Below are positions 25,365 to 38,525 of a stretch of 64,000 nt of DNA, piece after piece. How positions within the stretch are numbered: position 1 is the stretch's first letter; every line of letters begins with the position of its first letter. The position numbers and the translations under genes are program-made. The stretch is from positions 4,348,954 to 4,412,953 of the forward strand of contig CM120644.1 of assembly GCA_051362555.1 (NCBI GenBank), given 5' to 3'. This stretch comes from Lingula anatina. Taxonomy: Eukaryota > Animalia > Brachiopoda. Below the pieces are notes generated by a model. The model was not told where the DNA came from. It worked only from the letters and a program-made list of their open reading frames with translations, and ran no database searches.

Positions 25365-26865
25365 ATGGAAGTCTGTTCTCTTACCGTCATTGCTGTAGTA
25401 GTGGTGCTGGGGTTTATACTGAACAGGTTTCTGCGTAGTCTACGTATCAATAGGTACTCATACGCCCTCAAGTACGTGCTCATAACAGGTGAGTGTTGCT
25501 GAATACATTCTGTAAGACTGCATTCCCATAGATTTAGATCGATCCATCTAAATCGACCTAGCTCCCTGGGGGTTCACGTTAAATTGATGTCAGCCGAGAG
25601 CGCACGGCACTTAATTAACCCCTTACAGCTTTTAGTAGGCGCGACAGACGCTTAAGCCGGCTAAGCTCACTAGACAGTAATCTAGTGAGACTCCCCACAG
25701 GGATACATCGATCTAAAATCTGTGGGAATGGGGTCTTAGAATGTTATCTGTCTAAATGATGTTAATGTTTCTTTTCAATATTTCATGGAACAAAACGACA
25801 GTCTGGCAAACTTTTCAAACCACAGTATTTTCTATATGCAAGAACAATTGTACACTACTATAAGGCCGCATTCAGAGCAGTGGACTTACTAGTCCCAGGG
25901 CCAAATATGCCCGACCCACTTGAATACTTCCCCACGGCGAATCTATTCCGTGTCTGTTAGCAGATTAGACGGCAAGCTTTGTAGCGGGTCGCCATATTTG
26001 ACCAGCAGACTGGTTAGTCCATTGTTCTGAATGCGGTCTAAGTGTTTAGAAGTCATAAAGGCGGCTTGTTGTTTACATACTTAAACACATATTATATGAT
26101 AAAATGGTTGTGTGTGGGTCATGGATTTAAACGACATAGAAGATGCAGATAAAAAAGATTAGACAGGTTAGGTCATCGGCTGAACGTTCTTGAGCGAGGT
26201 CTCATGTTTGAGACGGTGCTGGCCCCTAGCGGTCAGCCACGGGCTCTGCTGTGTATACGTATTCTAACTTGGGGCAAAAATTCTAATATGGATATTCAAT
26301 GTGCCTGATTATGAGAAATATCATAAATATATTGCTTAAATAATATTGATTTTAAAACACCCTGCACCCAATGAATCATTGAATAGTTTTTCCCATTGTA
26401 TTCATTGGCCGCATTCAGAACAGTGGACTAACTAGTCCGCGGGTCAAATATGGCGACCCACTACAAAGCTTGCCGCCTAATCCGCTAAAAGACACTGAAT
26501 AAATTCCCCGTGGGGAAATATTCAAGTGGGTCGGCCATATTTGACCCTCGGACTAGTTAGTCTACTGTTCTGAATGTGGCCATTATCTCTCATCCAATAT
26601 ACTATGTAGTGCGCTACTAAATGCCAGTGGACATCAGAATTTGCTTCCGTGGGGTAAAATTTGTGTAAACCTGAATTTGCAGTAAACACTTGGTCTGTTT
26701 CTCTGGACACGAGGTTACCTTACTTTTCCTTTCAGGCTGCGACACAGGGTTTGGAAACATAACGGCTAAGAAACTCTACCAGATGGGCTTCAACGTGTTT
26801 GCTGCCTGCCTGACTGAGGCTGGCAAAGAAGAGTTAGTCCAGTTTGCGAACAATGTACGTAGCTA

Positions 26866-26949
<84 letters not shown>

Positions 26950-29310
26950 CACAGGCAAACATTTACCCTCACTAGCTCGATTATTATACGATTATTATAA
27001 TAATATCATGTGTATTTTTAGGAAAATAAGTCGAACAAAATGATACCATTTTCAATGGACGTAACAAAAACGGAAAGTATCAAGGAAGGTTACAGCTTTG
27101 TCGAAGGGCAAATACCGCATGGGAAAGGTAAGGAGTTCTCTTAAAGGAATAAAATGCTTTATTTGACCTTTATGTAGAAAAATATTTATTTTACTGGATA
27201 TAAAAACAATGTAATTCAACCATAACTGAAATGTGCCATACTCAAAACCTTTGGAAATTAAAGTAAATTAAGTAAGTTATATTTTAGGATTGTGGGGCCT
27301 AGTTAACAACGCAGGGATAGCAGGACCAGTAGGGGGGATCGAGTTTTTCACCAAAGCCCACTACCAACGGGTCCTCGACGTTAACGCCCTTGGGATGTTT
27401 GACGTGACGACCCACTTCCTTCCCTTGTTAAAGATAGGGAAGGGGAGAATTGTTAACACCGCAAGCATCATGGGAAGGCTTGGTTTCGCCGGTATCGCAC
27501 CATATTGTGTGTCCAAATATGCGGTAGAGGCGTTTTCAGATTCTGCTAGGTACGTAATGTCGGTTTGAAGTGTTAAGTTATGGCGCAGTTATATATGCTG
27601 CCATCTAGCGCACTGTGTCGTTATAATAATAATAATAATAATGATAATAATAATAATTATAATAATAATATTTATTCCTTAATAATTAATTCCTAATAAT
27701 AATTAATTCCTAATAATAATATTTATACCACACTACACTACCGTCTCAGTGCTGTTTGTTATGATAATTTGAATTATTAATAACGTTAAGTCATTTCAAT
27801 CTTACCTCCAACATATCCTTATTGGGTTGTTTTAATATATTGTATCTATTTTACAACATAGTCGTCAAATATCCATAATTCGTCCAGATTGTTTTTATCT
27901 CTTGCAGCGGTTCTTTTCATAGACATCATTTTATCAATACCGTGCCCAGATGAGCCAATTTTACTTTATAATGAACACTACAAATCTTAACACGTGTTAT
28001 TTTTTATATGGTGACTGGATTGTTTTGAATACCGTGTATCCTCTACTCTGCGCAGGCGTCAACTCAAACTGTGGGGTGTCAGTGTTCACATTGTGGAACC
28101 CGGGTTCTTCAGGACCAACATCACCGACCTCAGCTTACTGGAGGAGAACTATAGGAAGACGTTTTACGGGGCTGACCCGAAGGTCATTGAAGAATACGGA
28201 CAGGAATTTTTTAAAGAAAGTAAGTCGTTTAATTGATTGTCAGATTTAAAGAATAGTAAAGAGAAAATGAAAAGCATAAAGTAAACTGACCAAAGATGAT
28301 AAGATATACATGTACTAGCACGACGCTATATAGTTCATTTGAACAGATTGCAACAGCCACATCGAATATTTGATTATTTTACAACAAGCTCGACAAATTA
28401 GATTGTCTTATAATTATCATAAAAAGGAAGAATGATGTACATGTACCTGAAACCCTTTTATTAAGAGAGTCGATATCCTCTGTTAGATTATTCTCCCAAG
28501 TTTGCCCAGAGTCGCAAAACATAGTGTATTATTTGGCCAAGTGAAAAGCGTCAGGTTTTAGTTATATAAAACATACTAAACTTATTCACAAACCACTTAC
28601 CCTGATGCATAGACAACTTTAAAACCTAGTCCTTAACCTAAACAAAAGTTTTCAATAACCTAGCAGACAGTCGTTGACAATGGCAACCAGCATTCCATGG
28701 CAATATAACGCCTATTGTAAAGATGTATGTATAAAAATCGTGTGTGAAATCAATTATACGCACAACTCTGAACGTATGAAATCACCCTGTTGCCAGCATA
28801 ATAAAATGAAGATATAAGCAGGATATACGTGTACAATTGTTTTGAACAAGCCCAAAATAGTTTGTCTTCCTCCGTGTGTGCGAACGTACACCGACGTTTG
28901 GCTGCGTTCTCGTGACGTGCACGACGTAGGTCTAACGAAACCATTTATTTGACTGCGTATGGGTGATTCTTCTCACACGTATACGTGCTGTAGGTTAGAT
29001 TGACAGTTCCTTTACTTTGCATTCACCCCTGTGTGCATCGTCGATTCAACTCTGTGATTACCCTTATGTTTCAGCAATGGAGGTTCAACTAAAGAAATCC
29101 GTTGTGATTGCCAACAAAAACATCCATCTAGTCCGGGACGCCTACATTCATGCGTTAACTGCCGTGTACCCTTACGTCAGGTATTATGTCGGACCGGACG
29201 CCCATTTGTTCTATATCCCTCTGGCCTTTTTACCCGGCGCCATCCAGGACAAGATATTTGCCGTTTTGTCCAAGCCTCCGTTGCCAGCGGCTTTGAAGAA
29301 AAAGAAGTAA
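25365..29310 (+). CDS. Short-chain dehydrogenase/reductase, RDH16/HSD17B6-like (SDR9C), ~336 aa
   Basis: Exons 25365-25488, 26736-26854, 27022-27127, 27288-27549, 28056-28219, 29075-29310. N-terminal anchor, TGCDTGFG, GLWGLVNNAG, GRIVNTAS, YCVSK, VEPGFFRT; ends LKKKK (KKxx-type). A probable 5'UTR exon ends at 24670. Confidence 0.95.
25516..25735. mobile_element. MITE family B copy in SDR intron
   Basis: taa|gactgcattcccatagattt...aaatctgtgggaatggggtc|tta; homologous to 10795-11009. Confidence 0.82.
25864..26038. mobile_element. MITE family C (PIF/Harbinger-like), TAA TSD
   Basis: taa|ggccgcattcagagcagtggac...gtccattgttctgaatgcggtc|taa. Confidence 0.85.
26407..26581. mobile_element. MITE family C, opposite orientation, ATT TSD
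   Basis: att|ggccgcattcagaacagtggactaactagtcc...ggactagttagtctactgttctgaatgtggcc|att. The internal sequence is the reverse complement of 25864-26038. Confidence 0.85.
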
Positions 29311-32300
29311 AAAAAAGAAAAGACAATGGTATAATATGATTTGAATAAAGACGCGGAATGTGAAACCAAGCGCTTGAGATTTGCATTTATTTTGTTGATT
29401 TTCGATTTGAATCCGATAGAGACAGAAAAGGAAAGGAAGGGAACAGGAGAAATGAGAAAATGAGAAAGATAATTTCATAAAAAATATTCAAATGATCAAA
29501 AGCCAATTAATGGTTGGACGTATTATGACAATTTAACACAGTATTATGACAAGTAGTATTTGAAGGAAGCGTCAGACTGGCCCCACCCTCCGTTGGGGAT
29601 TAATCCCGGCCAGTATAAGTCGGATGATGATGATTATGATGATTACGTTGTTTTTGGTTTAGAAAGAAATACTTGTAATAAATAGAAACGTAGCCTTAAA
29701 AGTCCATTTTCTTAATTATATCGCAGATTTAAGTTTGGAACTTGAATGTAGCGTCACGAGGAAGTCTAGAGCAAGGTATTTTTTGTAATGTCTTTCGGGC
29801 GTGTATTTTGTGGAAAGCGCCAGTTTGCAGTTCGTTTTCAGAGAGTGAAAAATTGTACAAGTCACTGTCTAGAAAGATAGAGTATTCATAATTCTTGTAG
29901 TATTCACGGCATTTATATTGCTCAAATAATTAAAGGCTCTTATATTTTTGTTATACAGTCCACGCCATGTTATAAATTTTCTTATTTTGTAAAATTGAAT
30001 AAAGTTTAAAATGTTATATTATATAACGTTTTCAATTCCCCTTGCATGTACTTTATATGTTAGAGGACATGCCATACCCCTACATACCTACACAATGGTG
30101 TACATATTAAGTAAAAAGAAAAAAGTTTATCCATGACAGAACTGTAAATACCTTGAAGAATCTGAAAATGCCTGTACTTACATTTGTACACATTTTTGTA
30201 CAAATGTACACATTTAGCAAAACTGTAAGTGCAGTACACGGGATCATCTTGAGTGTATCTTCTACTGTAAGTTTATCGCCTATTACTGTAAACTGCAGCG
30301 GGAATTTCCACCAGTGAAGTTCTCCGGTCTTAAACCGTTCGCCCAGATGGCATTTTTCTCTAAGGGACCGTTCTCACAAAAGTGCAGAGATGAAATAAAA
30401 AAAAAAACACCGCGATTGGCACTATTATTCATATCTAAAATACTGGTTTGTAAATTTCAATTAAACATTTTCAATTAAAATTCCACATTTTACCATAATT
30501 CTTTATATTTTATAATGAATTAAATATTGGTAACTTGGCCTAAATGGTAGACACTTACCAGGGTCATCTCAGATGTCGTCAGCGTCTAAAAAAATGGAAA
30601 AGTCGCGACAGATTAGCCGACTTATATACAAGTCTGGAACACATGCACGTCACTAAGCTGAGAATGTGTATATTGATAAGCAAGGGGCAAATAAAATTAT
30701 ACTTATCGACGCGGGCTGCAGCTCTGACCTTTATATTAACACCAAATAGGCTTCATTTCATTAGCATTAATAGCATGATAGTTTCCAACGTTTTTAATGT
30801 TTCATTGCTACTGAAATTTTTATTTACTTGCACTGTAAATGCATTTGGGTTAAAGATTGAAAATATAAACTCACATTCAAAATAGTGTCGCGGTTTAATT
30901 GCCTACAGCCAAACATACGATCACATGTAAAGCAATGACTGGCATTACTTCCTCATAATGGAAGGCGACTTCATTGGTGAAAAAAGGACCCCGACGTCGC
31001 GATAGTTATCACGTTATAGGACATTTGTATCCAAACATATAATATTGATAAATATAAACCTTTTTTGCATTTTAGGGATAGTAATAATTATGATTATGAA
31101 AATAAGTCTTTTCAGAGTCAGACGCGACTTTATCAAGGCGATTGCTTCTTTTTAAAATTAAATTTGTTTATCTACTTATAAGCCAATAACCTACCGATAC
31201 CCTGCCGTGTATGCCCCCCCCCCCTTCCTTCGGACACCTCTTGACCCCCCCCCCCCCTCCTCCTTTCTGAAATCCTGGATCCGCGCCTGCATATGGCCGA
31301 GTATTTTAAAATTGCTCAAGATATACACCCGGTAGTACTTATGTTTAATCAGAAATCCTTTCGGTCATACATGTTTGTAAATATAATTAAAATGTACAGT
31401 TTACCTAATTAGATAAAACTTACAGTATAAAAGCATGATATTCAAAAACCTTACATTTCAAAACGTAGGACCTGCAATAGGGACTTTCTCACCATTATCC
31501 CAGGCAATATCTTATTTGGTGATGAAGTGGCATTTTATCCTATGAAGTAGATTTGTCAGTAAAATCAGAACATTTATCCCGTGAAGTGGCGATATACCAT
31601 TAAATATCTGAACACACATTTAGTCTTAAAAAAGGTGTCCACGTAAAACAATTGATTTGCTATTGCTGAATCACATGTCTGGAATAAGTGGGTGAATCAA
31701 TACAATTGATTGCGACGAGGCATTATCTCTAATCTTCTCTTTGGAAAATCACAGCCGGTTTTCCATCAGTGACAGAATACATGAAGAATATGGAATATTA
31801 ATCGATCGGACAGCTAATGCATCATAACAGACTAAACTTCCACTTTACATTCACTCTCATTCAGAAATGGAAACGTCTACACTTACAGTAAATGCATTAC
31901 TGTTAATATTTTAATGGACGCGTCCTGGCATTTATTGATTTTAAGTTAACGCGTGCATCATCACGAGCTCTTACAGACAAATGCATTGTCAGAAAATAAA
32001 TAAAATTATTTGTGGCCTATTCTAATTTACAGCGAACATATCAATGGATGCAGATGGATACAGATGAACATAAGATCAAAGGCAACATTATGTCACAATT
32101 TTCTAGAAACTAGCTGAGATACGAAATGCAACACTCGGGACTGACAACGTTATTTCGGCTTTAAATACAAGACGCATTCCAGATCAGTCACACTGACGAC
32201 TTTTAAGGTGGACAAAGATCACCAAAAAACAAATCGTGAGAGCTAAGCTGCCTGAGTTGACATTCTAGTCGCTCAGCTCGAGCCGAAACGTGTGCAGCGG

Positions 32301-32482
32301 GTGGGATTACGGTTTTCCATCATCTTTTGCATTTAGATTTATCCGCTGATAAGTGAGACGAATGGTTTTGATTGAGTGAATGCCACTGATCAGGGCAAAT
32401 TAGATATAAGTTCATCTATCTTTGTGATTTTATTGCACATTCAGAGAACTGTGACAGTCAATAGGCCGATCTTCCTGTCAGA

Positions 32483-32980
32483 ATGAACATTTCTGCTTGG
32501 GGTTTGTTGTTGTTTTTATCTGGATGTTTCATGCGCACAGGTAAGAATTTAAAAATTCTGTCGATTAATTTATTGTCTTATCATGTGATAAACACATTGA
32601 CGTATGATAAATAATCATAGTTATTATAAAACAGAAAGTAATTTGCGACTCAAATAATATATCGTAATTTAAAGGTCTACATTTAAAACGAAATTGTTTT
32701 AAATTCCATTTTTAGAATCTAAAATTGACATCAAAGATTCTAAGTTGCAAAATGGTAAGGAAGCACTCCATTTGAAAAGCGCTTATGATTACGAATAATT
32801 ACTTATAATTAGGTCACTACAGGAATCGGTAAACAACGTACAGTTTAATGGTTTGGTAAGATTAAGATGAGAATATTGCGTTTAGAGGTCAAAAAAATAA
32901 AACAGAATTCAGTTTTTAAATTCGATTCTCTTTAGACTGTCTTTTCCTCTTTTGAAATAAACGAGTAATAATAATGAAAA

Positions 32981-33023
<43 letters not shown>

Positions 33024-33848
33024 CTCGCCCATTAGAAATACACTACGACTGTTATCATATCAACATACAGAAATCTAATGCATTTTATTTTCTGTGGTTT
33101 TAGAAAGTTTGAACACCACGTCGGACAGACTGTACAAAGACCTCCTATCTCCAGACTACAATAAATACATACAGCCTCTGTATAATGAGACTGCCGAGAC
33201 AGACGTGGGCGTGTCCATCGATCTGAGCCAGATCAAGGAAGTGGTTGGTATCAATCATTCAGTAGACCAATCGATACAAGACTAATTAACTTGATTAAAT
33301 AATTCTATGTTCAGCAAAGGAATAGTTTAAATAGACGCTGATTGTAACAGTTGAAAATTGTTCGCATAGTTGCAAGCAGCAATTTGTTTAAAAATGTAAA
33401 TTAGCCATATGATGTAGATATATTTTTCTTGTGCATTTCTTTCTTTTCTTTTCTCATTTTCACATGTAATTGAAAACCCAAGAGTGAACAGAAACAAAGT
33501 ATCACCACTTCAGTCTGGATCTCGGCCGTGAGTTATCTAAAACAAACCAAATCATTAGCGTGATATAATTATTACCTCCATCTAAGAGGCACTGGTTAAG
33601 TCTTGGTTGTTTTGTAAGACAACAACAGTCTAACTAAAAAAAATATTAACAACTTTCCTTCTTCTCCTAACTGCCTTCACTTATTTAGAAGAGATTATAT
33701 AATTATCTTATTTCCATTTAATTGTTCTTTTGGTTCTACTTCTTATTACTTTTGTTATTCTAACTCACTTCATTTTTACCTCATTGTCATTTGGATTTCA
33801 TAATTTATTCATCTTTTTTCATTAACACAATATTTCATTTTAACCCAC

Positions 33849-33894
<46 letters not shown>

Positions 33895-36800
33895 GGATGA
33901 ATCAATTGATTATGTTAACTATTAAGGTCTGGAGCGACTACCGCCTACAGTGGGACCCTCTGTTATATGATAACGTAACCAAAGTCTTCCTGCCTCAGGC
34001 CATGCTGTGGAAACCGGATATGTACCTGGAAAACAGGTAGGCAATTATAAAGAAAAATAAATTAAATATAAGACAAATATAAAAACATGGATAACAATGT
34101 TATAGTAACCAACGTAATAATAAATCTGACGTCATTAAAAGCTTGGATCAGACCCATCTAATACTGCCAGCGTTGGATACCTGTATATTGATTTCAGATA
34201 AAATGTTATTTATTTTATATTTATTTATTTTGGCAAAAGTCCCAAGAGAACTCATATTTAACCATTACGCTTCCCGACTGCGCAGTCAGCCCGTTGCCGA
34301 CTACGTGCAGGCGCTTGCGCACATTCATCCCACCCACCCGAAGTAGGCCTACTGGTACATGTAGCATTTCTTTCATTTATTCCTGTTAACTGTTTTGTAC
34401 ATGTATGAGCAGTGTGACTTAACAAACTAAGGATTCAAACCTAATACATGTAGAACCTGAGCGGAACATGGACTTGGTTTCCTAAACATTGGAAGAAGAT
34501 CAACGACATTTAGGGCTGTTTGGCTGCGCCGCTTGTGAAAAAAAAGATTGTCCTTTATCCCCTCCCCCCCCCCCCCCCCCCCCATCCTAGACCCATCATT
34601 AGACATGTACGTGGCTTATCACTTTAACCGAACGTGTTGGAAAAGGGAATTATGAAGTAGCGTTTCTTTTCAGTTTTGACGGTAGTGGGTGGATATTTGA
34701 TTACAAGGACATGGCGAACTCTTTCGCAGCCTTAGAACACAGCGGAGCAGTCATTGCTATACAGTTTCAGCACGTGACCACCTTCTGCGACCTCAACGTT
34801 CAAAGGTTGGTCAGGTGTAGGCCTATGCAGTTTAAGGAAAAGATGTTATTGCTAAAACGATTATATCATTAACTAAATTACATGAAGTCCTAAAGTAAAT
34901 TGTATTCAAAAGAGGAGAAAGAAAGAAATGATTTTTATATCTGCAATAACTCGAGAAAAATATTTCTAGCTATCTGATTATCTCGCATATTTTATTTTGT
35001 GACTGTCCCTCTCAGAAAAAATTGTCGTCGATTAAGTGGCGTGCCTTTTATGATGACAATACCAATTAGAATCCGTACGTCATAAAAGGAGTCCACTGCA
35101 TCAAAATATACCTTTATTTCAGGTACCCTTTCGATAATCACACGTGTTGCATGGAGATCTCATCCTACATATTAGAAAAGATAAACCTGAGTCCCGGTCA
35201 CTTTGGGTTCACAGAGTTTTTTACCAGTGTCGAGTGGGAAGTAAGTTTTTGCAAAGTTCTCGAACTTTCGCAAAGAATTTTGGTCTGATATGTCAGTTTT
35301 TAATACAACTAACATACATTTGGTTTATAATCAAGATAAAAAGGTTGCTTCCTTTTTCCCCCGAAATTATGACTTGTTTGTGATAGGCTAAAGGAAAAAA
35401 AATAGAAGAAAAAGGTTAAACAGGAGTGTTAAGCTGCTATAGGATGTGATAACTGAAAGTGGGAGAGCGTTGATTCGGCTTTGATCTGAAGGAGTTGATG
35501 TCGCAATTCTGATTTTTCACACGTTAAAAGTACATAAATGCATGGTATAACATTTTCAAAAACTCGGTGGTTTCATTTCAAAAATATTGAACCTCTCAAC
35601 TTCGGAGAAAAAAGTTTAACACCATTTAGTTTGTTTCAAAATCGATCGAGCAACGCTCATGAGCATGTTAACAATTTCTGTGTCGAGAGACCGCCTTAGT
35701 GTGTCACTTCATGATCCGCCAGCAGAAAAAAAAAATTGTTTTTCCTATTTACAGATAAGTCACACCTGGTCGTACACGAAATGGCACAATGTGGCTTCAA
35801 CGTCACAGTCATCGTACAACGCGTCACTTATGGGGATTGGGTGGAAGAAATTGGTGTTTTGCATCAACATACGCCGCACCATGTCGTTTTTCACGTTGTG
35901 TATGCTGTTTCCGTGTATGGTGTTATGTATGCTGTCCTTGCTGGTCTTTCTGATGCCGCCGAATTCTGGAGAAAAGTTGTCAGTTGGTGAGTTGTCAAAT
36001 AAGGAGGGAAGGGAAGGGGGTAGGGGTTGTTGCTTTTGGAACTTTTTTAAGGCTGCATTCAGAACCAGTTGATCCGCGGACCAACTAGTTCACAGATCAA
36101 ATATGGCGTCACCCACTTGAAAGAGTGCCGAAAATTAATTGCTCTGCCCCTGCTGGGACGGCGCGCGTGGGAGGCGGGGAATCCATCGTCAATTACGCGC
36201 CATATTTGATACGTGGACTAGTTAGTCTGCGGATCAACTGGTTGTGAACGAGGCCTAATGGGGGCCACTGTAAAAATTCGTACGGAACATGGTCCTGTGT
36301 GTGGGTGTTAATTGATGAATAGTATAAGCTCCTCAAACAGGCGCCTTCAACCTGTAGATTTCATGGGTCGTTGTCTATTAACTGTTTGAATAAATTTGGT
36401 CCCGAGTGCGAGCTTATTATTCTGTGTCATATTTCCCTGATGTTTCCAGCGTACACGTGTTGGACAGCCATGGTGGTTTTCCTTCTTGTTTTGGTTGATG
36501 TCGTCCCTGGCAAAGGTCAACACATGCCCGTACTGGGTAAGTTCATGCATCATAAAAAACTAGAAAATCAATAAATTACTACTACCGGTACTACTCCTAC
36601 TACATGTACTACTGCTGCTTACACTAATGGCGATGATGATGATAATGATAATAGTCGCTAAAGATTAACAACAATAACAGTATTTATAATCATTACTAAT
36701 ATATTGTTAATGAAAGACCTAATATAAGTAATACTTTTATCAAAATATCGGTCCAATAATGGAAATGAAAATTAACTATAATCCAATATAATGCTTTTCG

Positions 36801-37764
36801 TGCCGGGCTTGCTGAAAACATACGATTTACAGAATTATTCTTAAGTTCGTTTTGTTTGACGTGCAATGTTTTATAGTAATTGTTGTGTACATGAAGGTAC
36901 ATCAATATATCATATACCAATACTTACCAACGAGCATTGAAAAGTGGTAATCTCAGCCGCTTATATTTCACATCCTAGGAATATTCTTCCTGTTCACATT
37001 GTGTTTGGTGAGCGCGTCCATACTTATCACCGTCTGGACACAAAACATTTATCACAATTACAACATCAACAGACGGCCGCCTGGATGCGTTCTCAAGGTA
37101 AACATTTATATCCAAGGTGCAAGTAATATCAAATCATTTTCTTAGTTAAGACACTAGGAAAACTACATGGATAACCATGCAGTAATACTTGTAAAATATG
37201 TATAATCTATATAATATTTATCAAAATAGGCCAATCAGTGTGTTAGTATTAACTTTTAAGGTTATTGAACTCAATATGATAATATCTAATTATTACAAGT
37301 CTTGTGAGATTGGGTAGGAAGATGGGATTTTTTTTTTTAGAAGACGCTACTGAAACATGTAACTTAGACCAAATTCTTTACACAAAAGTATATAGATTTG
37401 TTCTTGGATATTTATCGAACTGTCAGTTTGCTACACCCGGATTAATTAATTGTCACACTAATAATGCGTTTTTCAGTTCTGTCGCATCGCTTCCAAAATA
37501 ACCACGCTGAATTCGAAACAAACCGGGAGCAACCCAAGAGCTGTGCAACCGGATGCGGAAGTAAACCAGACAAGAAACCAAGATTCGGAGAGTTTCACGG
37601 AACGCTCTGCCCCGTCCTTTCCGCGGAGTGTGGAAACAGTTGAACAATCAGAGATTGCGACAGACTGGGAATTCGTCAGTAAAGTTATGGACCGATTGTC
37701 CTTTTACATCTTCGCCATTGGTTTACTCCTGGCTGTTGGCTATGTTTTATTCCCAGAGGCTTGA
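32483..37764 (+). CDS. Divergent nicotinic acetylcholine receptor-like Cys-loop channel subunit (non-alpha), ~442 aa, 10 exons
   Basis: Exons 32483-32540 (signal peptide), 33104-33243, 33483-33527 (45 nt), 33927-34036 (110 nt), 34674-34805, 35123-35240, 35755-35986, 36450-36536 (87 nt), 36979-37097, 37477-37764. The 45/110/87-nt exons are typical nAChR sizes. Motifs: WSDYRLQW, LWKPD, Cys-loop CDLNVQRYPFDNHTC, IRR, PPNSGEK, MPVLG, DWEFVSKVMDRL. Confidence 0.92.
36051..36255. mobile_element. MITE related to family C, TAA TSD, in nAChR intron 7
   Basis: taa|ggctgcattcagaaccagttgatccgcggaccaactagt...actagttagtctgcggatcaactggttgtgaacgaggcc|taa. Confidence 0.8.
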
Positions 37765-38266
37765 GACATTCCGGACAAGGTGACATTTTGGCGTTACCGG
37801 AGAAAAAAGGGGGTAGGGGTTGCACTGGGGACACATGGTCCCTCGGATCACCCTAAATAATATTTTCGCTTTTTTACCCCTCTCACCAGTCCCCCCCCCA
37901 CACACACACACTCCATATTTGGCAACATTAACGCCTTTATGCGTGTATGTGAAATTGAATGATTTTGATACTGGATAATTTTTTGTCAAGGTAATATTTT
38001 TATTAAAATACATTCAGGTGCAATGCTAGATGGTGCCAGAAATGCTGATGATGACGATGTTTAAACGATTTATTGGTTTAGTGTTTATCATTATAGTTGT
38101 GGTCAGTGAAATTGTTTTATTATACCAGATAACGTAAATGTTTTTTATCATTTGACAGGTCATATTAATTTTGTTTTCGACGGGATTAGAAGTTAGGCAG
38201 AGCTAGTAAATAATGAATACTGTTGTATTGCAAATTAAAAAATTAAATTTGCACCCACATGAATAA

Positions 38267-38525
38267 GGCTTCGTTCACATGCAATGTCTATTTTCTATTT
38301 TCTATTTTCTATTTTCGGTATGTCTTATGATCACGGTCTGTGCACTGAATATCCCGCCGCGTAATTACTGGCAGCGCGAGCCAGTTACTTATAGTAACTT
38401 ATAGTAACTGGCTCGCGCTGCCAGTAATTACGCCGCAGGATATTAAGTGCACAGACCGTGATCATAAGACATACCGAAAATAGAAAATAGAAAATAGAAA
38501 ATAGACATTGCATGTGAACGAAGCC
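38267..38525. mobile_element. MITE family A, near-perfect 259-bp palindrome, TAA TSD
   Basis: taa|ggcttcgttcacatgcaatgtctattttc...gaaaatagacattgcatgtgaacgaagcc|taa; arms of ~120 bp with few mismatches. Confidence 0.9.

Noticed and set aside
29570-29645. Possible LINE 3' end with a (GAT)n tail in the SDR 3' region
   Set aside because: Too short and no coding remnant; cannot be supported without a repeat library.
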